Part shown: piece by piece, positions 37,865 through 48,427 of the stretch | How the letters are laid out: each line of letters starts with the position of its first letter | Position numbering within the stretch: the first letter of the stretch is position 1 | Assembly (NCBI GenBank): GCA_934086485.1 | Contig: CAKOIF010000004.1 | Coordinates: forward strand, 14,777-78,776 | DNA: 64,000 nt | Direction of reading: 5' to 3' | Source: an uncultured Bacilli bacterium | GTDB lineage: Bacteria > Bacillota_I > Bacilli_A > RF39 > UBA660 | Notes under the pieces: model-generated | What the model was told of the DNA's origin: nothing | Seen by the model: only the letters and a program-made list of their open reading frames with translations | Databases searched by the model: none | Made by a program: the position numbers and the translations under genes

Positions 37865-38185
37865 TTAAGAAATAAATAAAGTCTTTATAAAATCCCAAAC
37901 ATTTTTTGCTTTAGAATTAACCACTAAACCTATTTTATTAGAAATATTATTTGCAGATTTAGTAAACACATTTGAGTAGTCTACTTCTTTAGGAAGATAA
38001 TCTTTTGCATCTACATTTTTTCCTTCACTAATATCTTTTTCAAATTCCTTTAACTTTTTATTTGTTAAATAAGTTTTATCTTTAACACTTTTTTCATAAT
38101 AACCTGTTTTACTTGCAATAAAAAGTGCTAGAAAAAGTAAAAATACTAAAATAAATAATGTTTTAAAAAAATTATGTTTTTTCAT
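37865..38185 (-). CDS. YqxA-like small membrane protein
   Basis: Single N-terminal TM. Its size and position between spoIIP and lepA match B. subtilis yqxA; the call rests on synteny. Confidence 0.45.
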   Translation of the reverse strand: MKKHNFFKTLFILVFLLFLALFIASKTGYYEKSVKDKTYLTNKKLKEFEKDISEGKNVDAKDYLPKEVDYSNVFTKSANNISNKIGLVVNSKAKNVWDFIKTLFIS

Positions 38186-39017
38186 TACTATCCTCATTTA
38201 TATATAAAGAAAGTATCTTAGCAAAAATTTCTAAAGTATTAGATACCTCTATAATATTATTATATTGACCTCCAACTTCAATTAGAATTAAATTTTTATC
38301 AAAATCTTCATTGTAAATTCCATTTACACCTTTACCACTTTTTTTAGATACCCCTCTTGATAAACAAGGATTAATACTTTTTAGTTTTTCATTTAAATAA
38401 TTTATCATTTTTTCATTTTCTCCATAACTTTCAAACTCCATTCCTAAAACAAATAATATTTTTGCATAACTTTTACCATCATATTTACAAGTGGTCATTT
38501 CATATGTAGCGGAATCCCTATGTAAATCAATAAAATATTTTAAATCATTATTATTTTCTTTAGCCTTTTCAAGTAAATATCTACTTGCAAGATAACTATC
38601 TTTATAAGTAAGTCCTTTATCACTTAACACTTTACTTACCTTTTCATTTTCAATAATACTTAAAATGCCATAGTCATTTAAATAACTTTTAAGTATAAAA
38701 CTAGCAAAATATACATCATAATCTAAATTATAACTATTTACTTTGTTATAAGCATACTTTTCTGTTTGATGAGTATTATAGATATAAACATTTGGTGCTC
38801 TTTCATTAAAAACTTTTATTTCATTTTTAATTTCTTCTTTTTTTCGTTCCATTTTACCTAAATATGAATAAGTTAAATATTTAATTTTACTTTCACTTAT
38901 TTTAAAATTATTTTTTATAAATATAACAATCAATAAACTTATTATTATTTCAAGTAAGAATATAATTATTTTCCTTTGAATCTTTTTCTTTTTTGACACA
39001 CTTTTAAACCTTTTCAT
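38172..39017 (-). CDS. spoIIP: Stage II sporulation protein P
   Basis: VYIYNTHQTEKY, IDLHRDS, ILIEVGGQYNN, N-terminal TM. Upstream of lepA as in Bacillus. Confidence 0.8.
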   Translation of the reverse strand: MKRFKSVSKKKKIQRKIIIFLLEIIISLLIVIFIKNNFKISESKIKYLTYSYLGKMERKKEEIKNEIKVFNERAPNVYIYNTHQTEKYAYNKVNSYNLDYDVYFASFILKSYLNDYGILSIIENEKVSKVLSDKGLTYKDSYLASRYLLEKAKENNNDLKYFIDLHRDSATYEMTTCKYDGKSYAKILFVLGMEFESYGENEKMINYLNEKLKSINPCLSRGVSKKSGKGVNGIYNEDFDKNLILIEVGGQYNNIIEVSNTLEIFAKILSLYINEDSNEKT

Positions 39018-39067
39018 AATTTCACCAAATATAATGTATCAAAAAAATAGTGAAAAAATTGTCGAAA

Positions 39068-39835
39068 TTAATCTCTTTTTTCACTAATTAAATAACTTAA
39101 TTTATATACTTTTAAATCTTTATAATTTAAAGTTTTTAAAATTTCTTTATAATACTCTACTTTTAAATCATCACTTATTAAAATTATATCTCCAGAAGTA
39201 ATTTTATCTTTAATATAAATGTTATTATTATTTATTTCATAAGAAGGTTTAACAAGATAATAACCTTTTTTATAACAATCATCATTTTGATATTTATTTA
39301 TTATACATATTTTTTTATTCTTATTATATTTATTTAAAATATCATTAGTTTTATTAAAATTTTTTCCATCATTTATTTGTTCATTTAAAATATTTCCCTT
39401 AAAAGTTTCATCATTTACTAAAAGAGTTATATCAAGGTTTTTTGAATACGTTATAACACCCATATTATTTGAAACTAGAATACTTACCCCATTTTTAAGA
39501 GGATTTGCTTTGTTAATTATTAAATCTTTATTTTTTTCAAGACTAATACTTGGTAAAATGCTTTTATAAATTAATTTATCAGAAACAAAAGTATTATATT
39601 TTTTCATATTATAATAGCTTTCTATTTCACTAACCTTTTTTCCTTCGATACCAGGAATAATATATTCTTCGGAAACTATTGCATCAATACTTTTTATTTC
39701 ATATTTATCTTTATTACTTTTTAATGTTTTCATAAGAGGACTTTTATTTATAATAAAATTTGATACTTTATCAGCATAATAGAAACTTCCTATTAAAAGG
39801 ATTAAAATTAATATAAAACTTACATATTTTTTCAT
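39068..39835 (-). CDS. Hypothetical membrane-anchored protein
   Basis: N-terminal TM, Asn/Lys-rich ectodomain. No motif recognised with confidence. Confidence 0.45.
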   Translation of the reverse strand: MKKYVSFILILILLIGSFYYADKVSNFIINKSPLMKTLKSNKDKYEIKSIDAIVSEEYIIPGIEGKKVSEIESYYNMKKYNTFVSDKLIYKSILPSISLEKNKDLIINKANPLKNGVSILVSNNMGVITYSKNLDITLLVNDETFKGNILNEQINDGKNFNKTNDILNKYNKNKKICIINKYQNDDCYKKGYYLVKPSYEINNNNIYIKDKITSGDIILISDDLKVEYYKEILKTLNYKDLKVYKLSYLISEKRD

Positions 39836-39876
39836 TACTAAATAATATGAAAAAAACTGATTAAAATAACCAGTTT

Positions 39877-40227
39877 TTAAATTTTGTTTTTAATTATTTT
39901 TATGCCCTCTTTAGGATCTGATAAAAGTCTTTCTTGTAAAATTTTATCCTTTCTAAGTTCGTTGATAAACATCATTTCTTCGTTAGTTAAAGTTTCATAA
40001 TGAATAGTTGGATCCTTTAGTTCAACAAACTTATCCGCCCCTAAAAGGTAATCGCTACTAACACCTAGGGCATACATAATTTCAATTAGTGTTTCAATTT
40101 TAGGATTACGTTTTTCATTTTCGTATAAACTAACTGCTGCTTTTGTAACACCAATCATATTACCTAATTGTTCTGCACTTAAGTTATGTGCTTTTCTTGC
40201 TTCTCTTAGCCTTTTTCCTATCAACAT
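39877..40227 (-). CDS. XRE-family HTH transcriptional regulator
   Basis: IGKRLREARKAHNLSAEQLGNMIGVTKAAVSLYENEKRNP. Confidence 0.85.
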   Translation of the reverse strand: MLIGKRLREARKAHNLSAEQLGNMIGVTKAAVSLYENEKRNPKIETLIEIMYALGVSSDYLLGADKFVELKDPTIHYETLTNEEMMFINELRKDKILQERLLSDPKEGIKIIKNKI

Positions 40228-40417
40228 ACTACACCATCTTTCTTGAACTTCTTACATAAAATATAAGATTTCCACTTTTATGTAGACGGTAGTCCCTACC
40301 GCTTATGTGATTATTTTTCCCCATTAATAAAAAATATTCACACTTCATACATAAAAAAGTATAATTCAAGATAAAATAATTTTGTCGAATGTTTACCATA
40401 TGTAGATAAATATAAGA

Positions 40418-40822
40418 CTATTCACTCTTTTTAGAACTTTTTTTAGGTTTTTCCTTATCTTTTACTTCATCATTTTCATCAAATGATTTTTCATCGACAT
40501 GTTTTTTTCCTGAGGATAAAAAGGTTACTCTTTCCGCAATTACTTCAGTTGAATAATTTTTCTTTTTATCTTCGGTTTCATAGACACTAGTTTGAAGTCT
40601 TCCTTTTATACCAACAACATCGCCAACTTTACAAAATTCACTTGTTGCACCGGCAATACCATTCCAAAGTACACATCTTATAAAGTCAGTTTCATAAATA
40701 CCATCGACATTTTTATAATTACGATTAACCGCTAGCAAGATTTTCGTAATATGTTTACCATTTTCAGTAACTGTAACTTCTGGATTTCCGGTAAGTCTTC
40801 CAACTAAAACAACGGTGTTCAA
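40418..40822 (-). CDS. ssb: Single-stranded DNA-binding protein (lacks the acidic C-terminal tip)
   Basis: OB fold MNTVVLVGRLTGNPEV...FIRCVLWNGIAG...GDVVGIKGRLQT. The C-terminus ends ...KPKKSSKKSE instead of D-D-D-[IL]-P-F. Confidence 0.8.
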   Translation of the reverse strand: MNTVVLVGRLTGNPEVTVTENGKHITKILLAVNRNYKNVDGIYETDFIRCVLWNGIAGATSEFCKVGDVVGIKGRLQTSVYETEDKKKNYSTEVIAERVTFLSSGKKHVDEKSFDENDEVKDKEKPKKSSKKSE

Positions 40823-41048
40823 ATTATTTACCTCCTTTCATTTGCATATTAACAAAAATAAATTTAAAATCCAAAAACCTAAAAAATCCACTTTTTGTTC
40901 CAAATTAACATTTTTGGAAGCATTTTTTGAAAAAAAATTTTTAAATCGTTTCCAAAATTATATTTTTAGATTAAATTATGAAATTTTAGTATTTTTTCCA
41001 CTTTACACAAATTTTACACTTTTTAATAATAAAAAAAAAGAAGTATCT

Positions 41049-42338
41049 CTACTCCTTAATTAATCTATTTAATTCAACTGCGTACTCCATTGGCAAACTT
41101 TTTTTAAAGTCAGACATAAATCCAAGGACATATAAATCTTTAGCAGCATCTTCACTAATACCTAAACTCATTAAATAATTTAATTTTTCTTCATTAATTT
41201 TAGATATTGTAGCTTCATGTTCTAAAGTACTTTCATTATTTTCAACAATATTTTTAGGATATGTATTTGAACTAGAAATATTATCAAGTATGATGTTATC
41301 ACATTTTATTGTAGCAAATGAACCAGTTGCCTCTTTAGCAATTTTAACAGTTCCCCTGTAATCACTTGTACCACCAAAACCTGCGATTGATTTACTAATA
41401 ATAGTACTTTTTGTATTCTTACCTAAATGAATCATTTTAGCACCAGCATCAAGATGTTGACCTTCTTTAGCATAAGCAATACTAATTGAACTTGCTTTTG
41501 AATTATCTCCCTTTAATATACAAGAGGGATATTTCATAGTTACACCACTACCAATATTACCATCAACCCACTGCATGTAAGCACCCTCTTCGAGGATTGC
41601 TCTTTTGGTAACAAGATTATAAACATCTTTACTCCAATTTTGAATAGTGGAATATTTACAAGTACTATTTTTACCTACATATATTTCCACAACACCAGCG
41701 TGAAGTGATGTAGTACTATAATTTTTTGCAGTACATCCTTCAATATAATGAAGTGATGAGTCGTGATCGACAATAATAATTGTTCTTTCAAATTGTCCTA
41801 AATTTTTAGTATCAATACGAAAATAACTTTGAAGTGGTCTATCAACTTTAGTATAGGGTGGAATATATATGAATGAACCACCTGACCATAAAGCACCATT
41901 TAAAGCAGTATATTTATTTTCATCATATTTTACTAAATTATTAAAATATTTTTCAAATAACTCCGGATATTTTTTTAAAGCTTCATCACTGGATAAAAAG
42001 ATAATCCCATCACTTTCCTCCATTTTATGATAAATAACTTCACTTTCATATTGATTAGATACACCTTTTAAATATTTATTTTCTGCCTCAATTACGCCTA
42101 GGTCATTAAAAGTATTTTTGACTTTTTTATCAACATTTTCCCAAGAACAACTTGGTGGAGCAAAAAGTCCTTTATGGTAAACTAAATTATCAAAATCAAT
42201 ATTTATTTTAGGACCAAACGAAGGATTATCAAGTTCTAAAAACTTTTTATAAGAATTTAATCTAAAGTTTTTCATCCAAAGTGGTTCATTTTTATTATTC
42301 GATAAATTTATTATAAAATCTTCATTTAACTTTTCCAT
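41049..42338 (-). CDS. sufB: Fe-S cluster assembly scaffold SufB
   Basis: ...LHYIEGCTAKNYSTTSLHAGVVEIYVGKNSTCKYSTIQNW...HLDAGAKMIHLGKNTKSTIISKSI... Confidence 0.85.
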   Translation of the reverse strand: MEKLNEDFIINLSNNKNEPLWMKNFRLNSYKKFLELDNPSFGPKINIDFDNLVYHKGLFAPPSCSWENVDKKVKNTFNDLGVIEAENKYLKGVSNQYESEVIYHKMEESDGIIFLSSDEALKKYPELFEKYFNNLVKYDENKYTALNGALWSGGSFIYIPPYTKVDRPLQSYFRIDTKNLGQFERTIIIVDHDSSLHYIEGCTAKNYSTTSLHAGVVEIYVGKNSTCKYSTIQNWSKDVYNLVTKRAILEEGAYMQWVDGNIGSGVTMKYPSCILKGDNSKASSISIAYAKEGQHLDAGAKMIHLGKNTKSTIISKSIAGFGGTSDYRGTVKIAKEATGSFATIKCDNIILDNISSSNTYPKNIVENNESTLEHEATISKINEEKLNYLMSLGISEDAAKDLYVLGFMSDFKKSLPMEYAVELNRLIKE

Positions 42339-42437
42339 TTTTTTCTCCCAAAAATATAATACAATAAAACATAATTAAAAACAATTGAAAATTATAAAAA
42401 AATTTGATACACTTTATTTAGTATAGGAGTATAAGGT

Positions 42438-42956
42438 ATGGCTAAATATGATGATGCTTATTTTGAAAATCTAACTAAAAAAGCAAATGTTATTTATCGT
42501 TGTTTATATTTAAATGAAATAAATGATAATTTAAAAAATGCTATCATAAGTTATCTAGATGTCTATTTTGATGCATATAAAAAATATTCAAACCTAGAAC
42601 AAAAAGATGATGATTTAACTAAAATATTTAATATTTTGGGAGGACCAGTAAACGAAATTGATAATCCTTATAACCTTTCATTAAATGATGGTAGACCACA
42701 TCCGGCTATTGACCTTATAAAAGAAAGATTAGCAAGATTTTATATTGAACTTAATAGCGTAAATAAAAATAGTCAAAATAATGGTAATAGTCAAAGTAAG
42801 GGATTTTCAAGAAATTTACTTCCTGCCTCAGCAATAAAGGGAATAAAATTATATAATGATGAAAGTGGTTTTGCAAAATCATTTATAATAATTATAGTTA
42901 CTATATTATTAGGTATTTTAATTGCTGGTTTAACAATATATTTTAAATTAAAATAA
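42438..42956 (+). CDS. Hypothetical protein with C-terminal TM anchor
   Basis: Intact ORF with a GGAG RBS. Tail-anchor FIIIIVTILLGILIAGLTIYF. Confidence 0.5.
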   Translation: MAKYDDAYFENLTKKANVIYRCLYLNEINDNLKNAIISYLDVYFDAYKKYSNLEQKDDDLTKIFNILGGPVNEIDNPYNLSLNDGRPHPAIDLIKERLARFYIELNSVNKNSQNNGNSQSKGFSRNLLPASAIKGIKLYNDESGFAKSFIIIIVTILLGILIAGLTIYFKLK

Positions 42957-42983
42957 AAGATTTAGGAATTTTCCCAAATCTTT

Positions 42984-43295
42984 TTATTTATAAGTAAGTT
43001 TCATTTCATTAAGGCTTATTTCAACATAAGAATCTTTACTATATATTTCTTTAGTTTTTGGATTAACTATATCTTGTGTAATATAACCTAAATTATATAA
43101 TTCATTTAAAGTAACTATCTTATTTTGACATTTTCCTTCATAATAACATCTAAAGGCATTTTCTGTTACTAACTTTTCATTTACTTCATTAAGTCTTTGC
43201 TGATTAATATTTATTACTTTATAAAATGTTGGAATAGAAATTATTAAAGTAATAGCAATAATTGTTACATATATTACAATCTTATTTGTATTCAT
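42984..43295 (-). CDS. Hypothetical N-terminally anchored small protein
   Basis: Start at the ATG after GGAGAGGG (MNTNKIVIYVTIIAITLIISIPTFY), overlapping the tgt stop. Confidence 0.45.
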   Translation of the reverse strand: MNTNKIVIYVTIIAITLIISIPTFYKVININQQRLNEVNEKLVTENAFRCYYEGKCQNKIVTLNELYNLGYITQDIVNPKTKEIYSKDSYVEISLNEMKLTYK

Positions 43296-44409
43296 AACCC
43301 TCTCCATAATAAGAAAGAATAAATTTATCTCGATAATCCTCAAGGGTACCAGCTTTAATATTTTCTCTAATTTCTTTCATTAAATTTTCTAAAAAATAAA
43401 TATTATGAATTGATAAAAGTCTTGCTCCAAAAGTTTCATCAGCATTAATTAAATGTTTTATATAGGCTTTTGTATAACTTTGACAAGCATAACATTTACA
43501 TCCCTCTTCGACTGGAGTAAAGTCCTCTTTATATTTACTATTTTTTAAATTAATCTTACCATTTTTTGTATAAGCGTGTCCGTGTCTTGCAAGTCTTGTT
43601 GGACTTACACAATCAAATAAATCTATTCCACGAAGTGAGTTTTCAATTAAATCTATTGGATCGCCTACTCCCATTAAATAACGAGCTTTTTCTTTAGGCA
43701 AATAATCAGTACTCATTTTAACCATTTTATACATTGTAAGTTTATCTTCGCCTACACTTGTACCACCAACAGAATAACCATCAAAGTTCATTTCAGTTAA
43801 TTTTTCAGCACAATATTTTCTTAAATCAGGGTACTCGCCACCTTGAACTATGCCAAATAATATTTGATTTTCACCTTTAAAAACATCCTTTCCTCTTTTT
43901 GCCCAACGAAGTGTTCTTTCAACAGAATTTTTACAATAATCATATGTTGCTGGATAACCAATACATTCATCAAAACTCATTACAATATCACTACCAAGTT
44001 TTTCTTGAATACCAATTGATTTTTCTGGTGTTAAAAATAGTTTATCTCCATTTAAATGATTTTTAAAGCTTACTCCTTCTTCAGTAATATCTTTAGGTTT
44101 TGCAAGAGAAAAAACTTGAAATCCCCCACTGTCTGTTAAAATAGGTCCATCATAATTCATAAATTTATGAAGTCCACCTGCTTTATGAACTATATCTTCA
44201 CCTGGTCTTAACCATAAATGATAAGTATTTGCAAGAATTATTCCAGCACCAGTATCTTTAACCTCTTCGGGTGATAAAGTTTTAACTGTACCATTTGTTC
44301 CAACAGGCATAAACATTGGAGTTTCATAAGTCTTACCATTAAAAACTATTTCTCCAAGTCTAGCACCAGTTTTTTCATCAGTATATTTTAAATTATATTG
44401 TACTTTCAT
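43282..44409 (-). CDS. tgt: Queuine tRNA-ribosyltransferase
   Basis: FMPVGTNGTVK, LTDSGGFQV, and Zn site CKCYACQSYTKAYIKHL. Confidence 0.95.
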   Translation of the reverse strand: MKVQYNLKYTDEKTGARLGEIVFNGKTYETPMFMPVGTNGTVKTLSPEEVKDTGAGIILANTYHLWLRPGEDIVHKAGGLHKFMNYDGPILTDSGGFQVFSLAKPKDITEEGVSFKNHLNGDKLFLTPEKSIGIQEKLGSDIVMSFDECIGYPATYDYCKNSVERTLRWAKRGKDVFKGENQILFGIVQGGEYPDLRKYCAEKLTEMNFDGYSVGGTSVGEDKLTMYKMVKMSTDYLPKEKARYLMGVGDPIDLIENSLRGIDLFDCVSPTRLARHGHAYTKNGKINLKNSKYKEDFTPVEEGCKCYACQSYTKAYIKHLINADETFGARLLSIHNIYFLENLMKEIRENIKAGTLEDYRDKFILSYYGEGYEYK

Positions 44410-44447
44410 AGACTACCTCTTTCTTCGAAAATTATAACATACTTTTA

Positions 44448-45470
44448 CTATTTAATAAACATTGCATCGCCAAACGAAAAGAAATGATAATTATTTTGAA
44501 TAGCATGATTATAGGCATTTAAGATATTTTCTCTTGTTGAAAAAGCACTTACAAGCATTACAAGGGTACTTTTTGGTAAATGAAAATTAGTTATTAAACC
44601 ATCAATTGCTAAAAATTTATAACCTGGGTAAATAAATATATTTGTATTTTCATCACACTCTACAAATTTATGGTATTTATTCATAATTGACTCAAGTGTC
44701 CTTGTTGATGTTGTTCCAACAGCATAAATTTTTCTTCCTTCTTCTTTAGCTTTATTAAGTTTATCAGCAACATCCTTAGTCATAATATATCTTTCACTAT
44801 GCATATGATGTTTAGTAATATCTTCCTCGTTTACTGGTCTAAATGTACCAAGACCAACATGAAGTGTAACATACAAAATTTCAACACCTTTTTCCTTTAA
44901 TTCATTTAAAAGTTCTTTTGTAAAATGAAGTCCCGCAGTCGGAGCCGCAGCACTACCTAAATATTTTGCATAAACAGTTTGATATCTTGTTTGATCTTTT
45001 AAAGACTCATGAATATAAGGTGGAAGTGGCATTAAACCAATCTTCTCTATTTGCTCTATAAAAATTCCTTCATAAGAAAATTTAACTTTAACAATTCCTT
45101 CTTCATCCTTTTCAATTACTTCACATTTTAAAGTATCTGAAAAATTAATAATAGTTCCTACACTTAATCTTTTAAAAGGTCTTGAAAGGCACTCCCAAGT
45201 ATCACTACCTAAATCCTTTAAAAGTAGTAGTTCTATATGAGCACCAGTTTCCTCTTTAATGCCAAATATTCTTGCAGGTAAAACCTTAGTATCATTTAAT
45301 ACCAAAACATCTCCTTTATGAAAATAAGAAGTTATATCCTTAAAAATTTTATCTTCCAAAGCACCAGTTTTTCTATCCATAACTAATAGTTTTGACTCAC
45401 TTCGATTTTCTATAGGAGTTTGAGCTATTAAATTTTCTGGTAAATTATAATCAAATTCATTAATATTCAT
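44448..45470 (-). CDS. queA: S-adenosylmethionine:tRNA ribosyltransferase-isomerase
   Basis: [41 protein letters not shown]. Confidence 0.95.
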   Translation of the reverse strand: MNINEFDYNLPENLIAQTPIENRSESKLLVMDRKTGALEDKIFKDITSYFHKGDVLVLNDTKVLPARIFGIKEETGAHIELLLLKDLGSDTWECLSRPFKRLSVGTIINFSDTLKCEVIEKDEEGIVKVKFSYEGIFIEQIEKIGLMPLPPYIHESLKDQTRYQTVYAKYLGSAAAPTAGLHFTKELLNELKEKGVEILYVTLHVGLGTFRPVNEEDITKHHMHSERYIMTKDVADKLNKAKEEGRKIYAVGTTSTRTLESIMNKYHKFVECDENTNIFIYPGYKFLAIDGLITNFHLPKSTLVMLVSAFSTRENILNAYNHAIQNNYHFFSFGDAMFIK

Positions 45471-45572
45471 TTTTTCATCACCACTAAATATTATAAAGAT
45501 ATTTAGTTAATTTGTCTATTAATTTAATTGTAAAAATGTTACAAATTAGGTATAATTATTATGGTGAAGCGT

Positions 45573-47846
45573 ATGGCAAAGAGAAAAAAAAGTAAAGAAA
45601 GCAAAAATGCACCTACTTATAGTGTAGAACTTACAGGATTAATTTTAATACTTATAGGAATTATAGGTATGGGATTTGGTATAATTGGTAATTTTATAAA
45701 ACAATTTATGATGTTTTTAGCCGGAGAATTTTGGTTTGTAATATTATTTGGTGTTTTAATACTGGGAATATCAATGTTATTTAAAAGAAAACTTCCAAAG
45801 TTTTTTTCCTCAAGGTTAATTGGTATTTATATTTTATTTGCAATAATCTTAGTTTTAGGACATTTTGAACTATTAAAAAAGACTGATGGCTTTTCAGATT
45901 TAATGGATGTTACTTACAATAATTATATGACTAGAATTGGTACTATGGAAGAAAGTAGTTCTATTTTATCAAGTGGTTCTTCCTCAATTGTTATTGGTGG
46001 TGGCTTAATTGGTTCCCTACTTGCCGGAGGACTTAAAGCAGCATTTAGTTTAACTGGAACAAAAATTGTTTTAGTTGTTTTAGGAATATTTTCATTCATC
46101 CTTATATTTAATATTACCTTATCAGATATTTTAAATAAGTTTGTAAGTTTATTTAAAAGGGATAACGATGATGATGAAGAAGAAAATGTTAAAAACAAAA
46201 AAGAATATATCATCGAGGGTGATGAACTTGTTGGTATCAAAAATGCTAAAGATAAAGATGAACCTACAGAAAAAGAAAAAATTGTTATTACAAGTATAGA
46301 TGATTTAAAAAATATTAATACACCAGAAAAAAATATTAAAGAAAGTTTTGATGTTAATCCTATTGAAACTGATGAAGGAGCCTCAAATCCAAGTGTATAT
46401 AGACTTCCAAAATTTGATTTACTTACACCTACTCCAAAAAATAAGAAAAATAGTGAGGAACCATTTATTAAAGAAAATCAAATTAAATTAGAAAAAGTAT
46501 TAAATGATTTTGATATTAAAGGTAAAGTTGTTGAAATTCATATTGGACCTGCAGTTACAGAATATGAAATAATTGTTCCAAGTGGTACAAAAGTAAGTAG
46601 AATTGTAGGAATTAATAAAGAAATCGCTTTAGCAATGGCTGCGAAAGAAGTTCGTATACAAGCCCCTATTCCTGGTAAAAATACTATTGGTATTGAAATA
46701 CCAAATCGTGAAATATCTTCAGTAGGTTTTAGAGAGGTACTCGAAGCAACTTGGCAAAATAATGGAGCAAATAAAATCCTTGTGGCACTTGGTAAAGATA
46801 TTATGGGAACATCTATCCTTGCAGACCTATCTAAAATGCCACACCTATTAGTCGCTGGTTCTACTGGTTCTGGTAAATCGGTATGTATTAATACCATTAT
46901 TTGTTCAATATTAATGAGATATAAACCTGATGAAGTAAAACTTGTATTAGTGGATCCTAAAAAAGTTGAACTTACAAATTATAATGGAATACCTCATTTA
47001 TTATGTCCTGTTGTATCTGATCCTAAAAAAGCCTCAGTTGTTTTACAAAAAGTAGTTGCAGAAATGGAAAAAAGATACGATATCTTTGCTGAAAAAGAAG
47101 TTAAAAATATTGCTGGTTATAATGATTTAATTGAAAAAGAAAGAAAGAAAAATCCTGATATAAATACTACAAGGATGCCATATATTGTAGTAATAATAGA
47201 TGAACTTGCGGACCTTATGCTCGTAGCCTCTAAAGAAGTTCAAGACTCTATTATGAGAATTACACAAATGGCAAGAGCTGCAGGTATACATTTAATTGTA
47301 GCTACTCAAAGGCCTTCAACTGATATTATTACAGGTGTAATTAAAAATAATATTCCATCAAGAATTGCCTTCTCAGTATCTAGTGCAATTGACTCAAGAA
47401 CAATCCTTGATGCTTCAGGAGCAGAAAGCCTTCTTGGTAAAGGTGATATGTTATATCTTCCAATGGGAGAAAGTCACACTACTCGTATTCAAGGATGCTT
47501 TATTTCGGATAATGAAATAAGTAAGTTAATTGAATATTGTAAAGCACAAACACAAGTTAAATATAATGAAGAATTTACTAATCAAGAAAGTCCTCATACA
47601 TCATCTTCGGGAAGTAGTAATTCTGATACTGATGGTGGTGATGATCCAATGTATAATGAAGTTGTCGAGTTTGCTATTGAAACTGGTAAAATCTCTGCAT
47701 CACTTATTCAACGAAGATTTAGATTTGGTTATAATAGAGCTGCAAGAATGGTTGACCTTCTTGAATCAAGAGGTATAGTAGGACCACAAAATGGTTCTAA
47801 ACCACGTGAAGTTCTTGTAAAGTTAGAAAAAAATGATAATGAATAA
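45573..47846 (+). CDS. ftsK: DNA translocase FtsK/SpoIIIE
   Basis: N-terminal TM domain, PHLLVAGSTGSGKSV (Walker A), VVIIDELADLM, and a C-terminal winged-helix gamma domain. Promoter TTGTAA-17-TATAAT at 45533-45561 favours the ATG at 45573. Confidence 0.92.
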   Translation: MAKRKKSKESKNAPTYSVELTGLILILIGIIGMGFGIIGNFIKQFMMFLAGEFWFVILFGVLILGISMLFKRKLPKFFSSRLIGIYILFAIILVLGHFELLKKTDGFSDLMDVTYNNYMTRIGTMEESSSILSSGSSSIVIGGGLIGSLLAGGLKAAFSLTGTKIVLVVLGIFSFILIFNITLSDILNKFVSLFKRDNDDDEEENVKNKKEYIIEGDELVGIKNAKDKDEPTEKEKIVITSIDDLKNINTPEKNIKESFDVNPIETDEGASNPSVYRLPKFDLLTPTPKNKKNSEEPFIKENQIKLEKVLNDFDIKGKVVEIHIGPAVTEYEIIVPSGTKVSRIVGINKEIALAMAAKEVRIQAPIPGKNTIGIEIPNREISSVGFREVLEATWQNNGANKILVALGKDIMGTSILADLSKMPHLLVAGSTGSGKSVCINTIICSILMRYKPDEVKLVLVDPKKVELTNYNGIPHLLCPVVSDPKKASVVLQKVVAEMEKRYDIFAEKEVKNIAGYNDLIEKERKKNPDINTTRMPYIVVIIDELADLMLVASKEVQDSIMRITQMARAAGIHLIVATQRPSTDIITGVIKNNIPSRIAFSVSSAIDSRTILDASGAESLLGKGDMLYLPMGESHTTRIQGCFISDNEISKLIEYCKAQTQVKYNEEFTNQESPHTSSSGSSNSDTDGGDDPMYNEVVEFAIETGKISASLIQRRFRFGYNRAARMVDLLESRGIVGPQNGSKPREVLVKLEKNDNE

Positions 47847-47890
47847 TTTACTAAAAAAAGAAATTTTGCTACAATAAGGATGGTGATAAT

Positions 47891-48427
47891 ATGGCAAAAA
47901 AGAAAAGTAAAAAAAATAATATTAATTTTAAAAAACTATTTTATTTCATCATAGGATTCCTTTTAATAATATTTCTAATATGGTATATAATTAGTTGGAA
48001 AAATGTTAAACAAGAGGAAAAACTTATGAATAGTTATCTTATTACATCGAATACATTAAGTGTAGAAATTAAAGATTTAAGTGAAACTATTCAAGTTTTA
48101 AAGGAATCACCATCTGAATATTTTGTTTATATAAGTTATACAAATGATGAAAAAGTATTTAACTTTGAAAAGAAATTAAAAAAATTAATTGATAATTATA
48201 ATTTAAAAGATGAATTTTACTTTGTAAATGTAACTAATATAAAGGATGATGAAAACTTCTACACTGAAATAAATAATACATTTAATACAAAATTAATTAA
48301 TAATATTCCATGTATTTTACACTTTAAAAATAATGAACTTAAAAAAGTTATATATAATAAAGATTTAAATAAAACTTATACAAATTTTGAAAATCTTTTA
48401 AAAGAAAACGAGTTTGATAAAGAATAA
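47891..48427 (+). CDS. Membrane-anchored thioredoxin-fold-like protein without CxxC
   Basis: N-terminal TM. ...YFVYISYTNDEKVFNFEKKLKKL...IPCILHFKNNELKKV has the layout of PedC/BrcD-type thioredoxin-like proteins, but the CxxC position reads TNDE. Confidence 0.4.
   Translation: MAKKKSKKNNINFKKLFYFIIGFLLIIFLIWYIISWKNVKQEEKLMNSYLITSNTLSVEIKDLSETIQVLKESPSEYFVYISYTNDEKVFNFEKKLKKLIDNYNLKDEFYFVNVTNIKDDENFYTEINNTFNTKLINNIPCILHFKNNELKKVIYNKDLNKTYTNFENLLKENEFDKE

Noticed and set aside
40228-40417. GGTAG/CTACC hairpin (about 40296-40310) as an ssb terminator or as a relative of the GGTAGCGCTCG box of the RNA modules
   Set aside because: It shares only 5 nt with the module box, has no U-tract and no flanking promoter or hairpin architecture. 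This is probably coincidence.
40815-41063. 82-aa plus-strand ORF in the ssb-sufB intergenic region, and similar AT-rich ORFs such as 21312-21623, 30989-31189 and 61936-62145
   Set aside because: They have Phe/Lys/Asn/Ile-rich composition typical of random AT-rich frames, no RBS, and overlap genuine genes or promoters.
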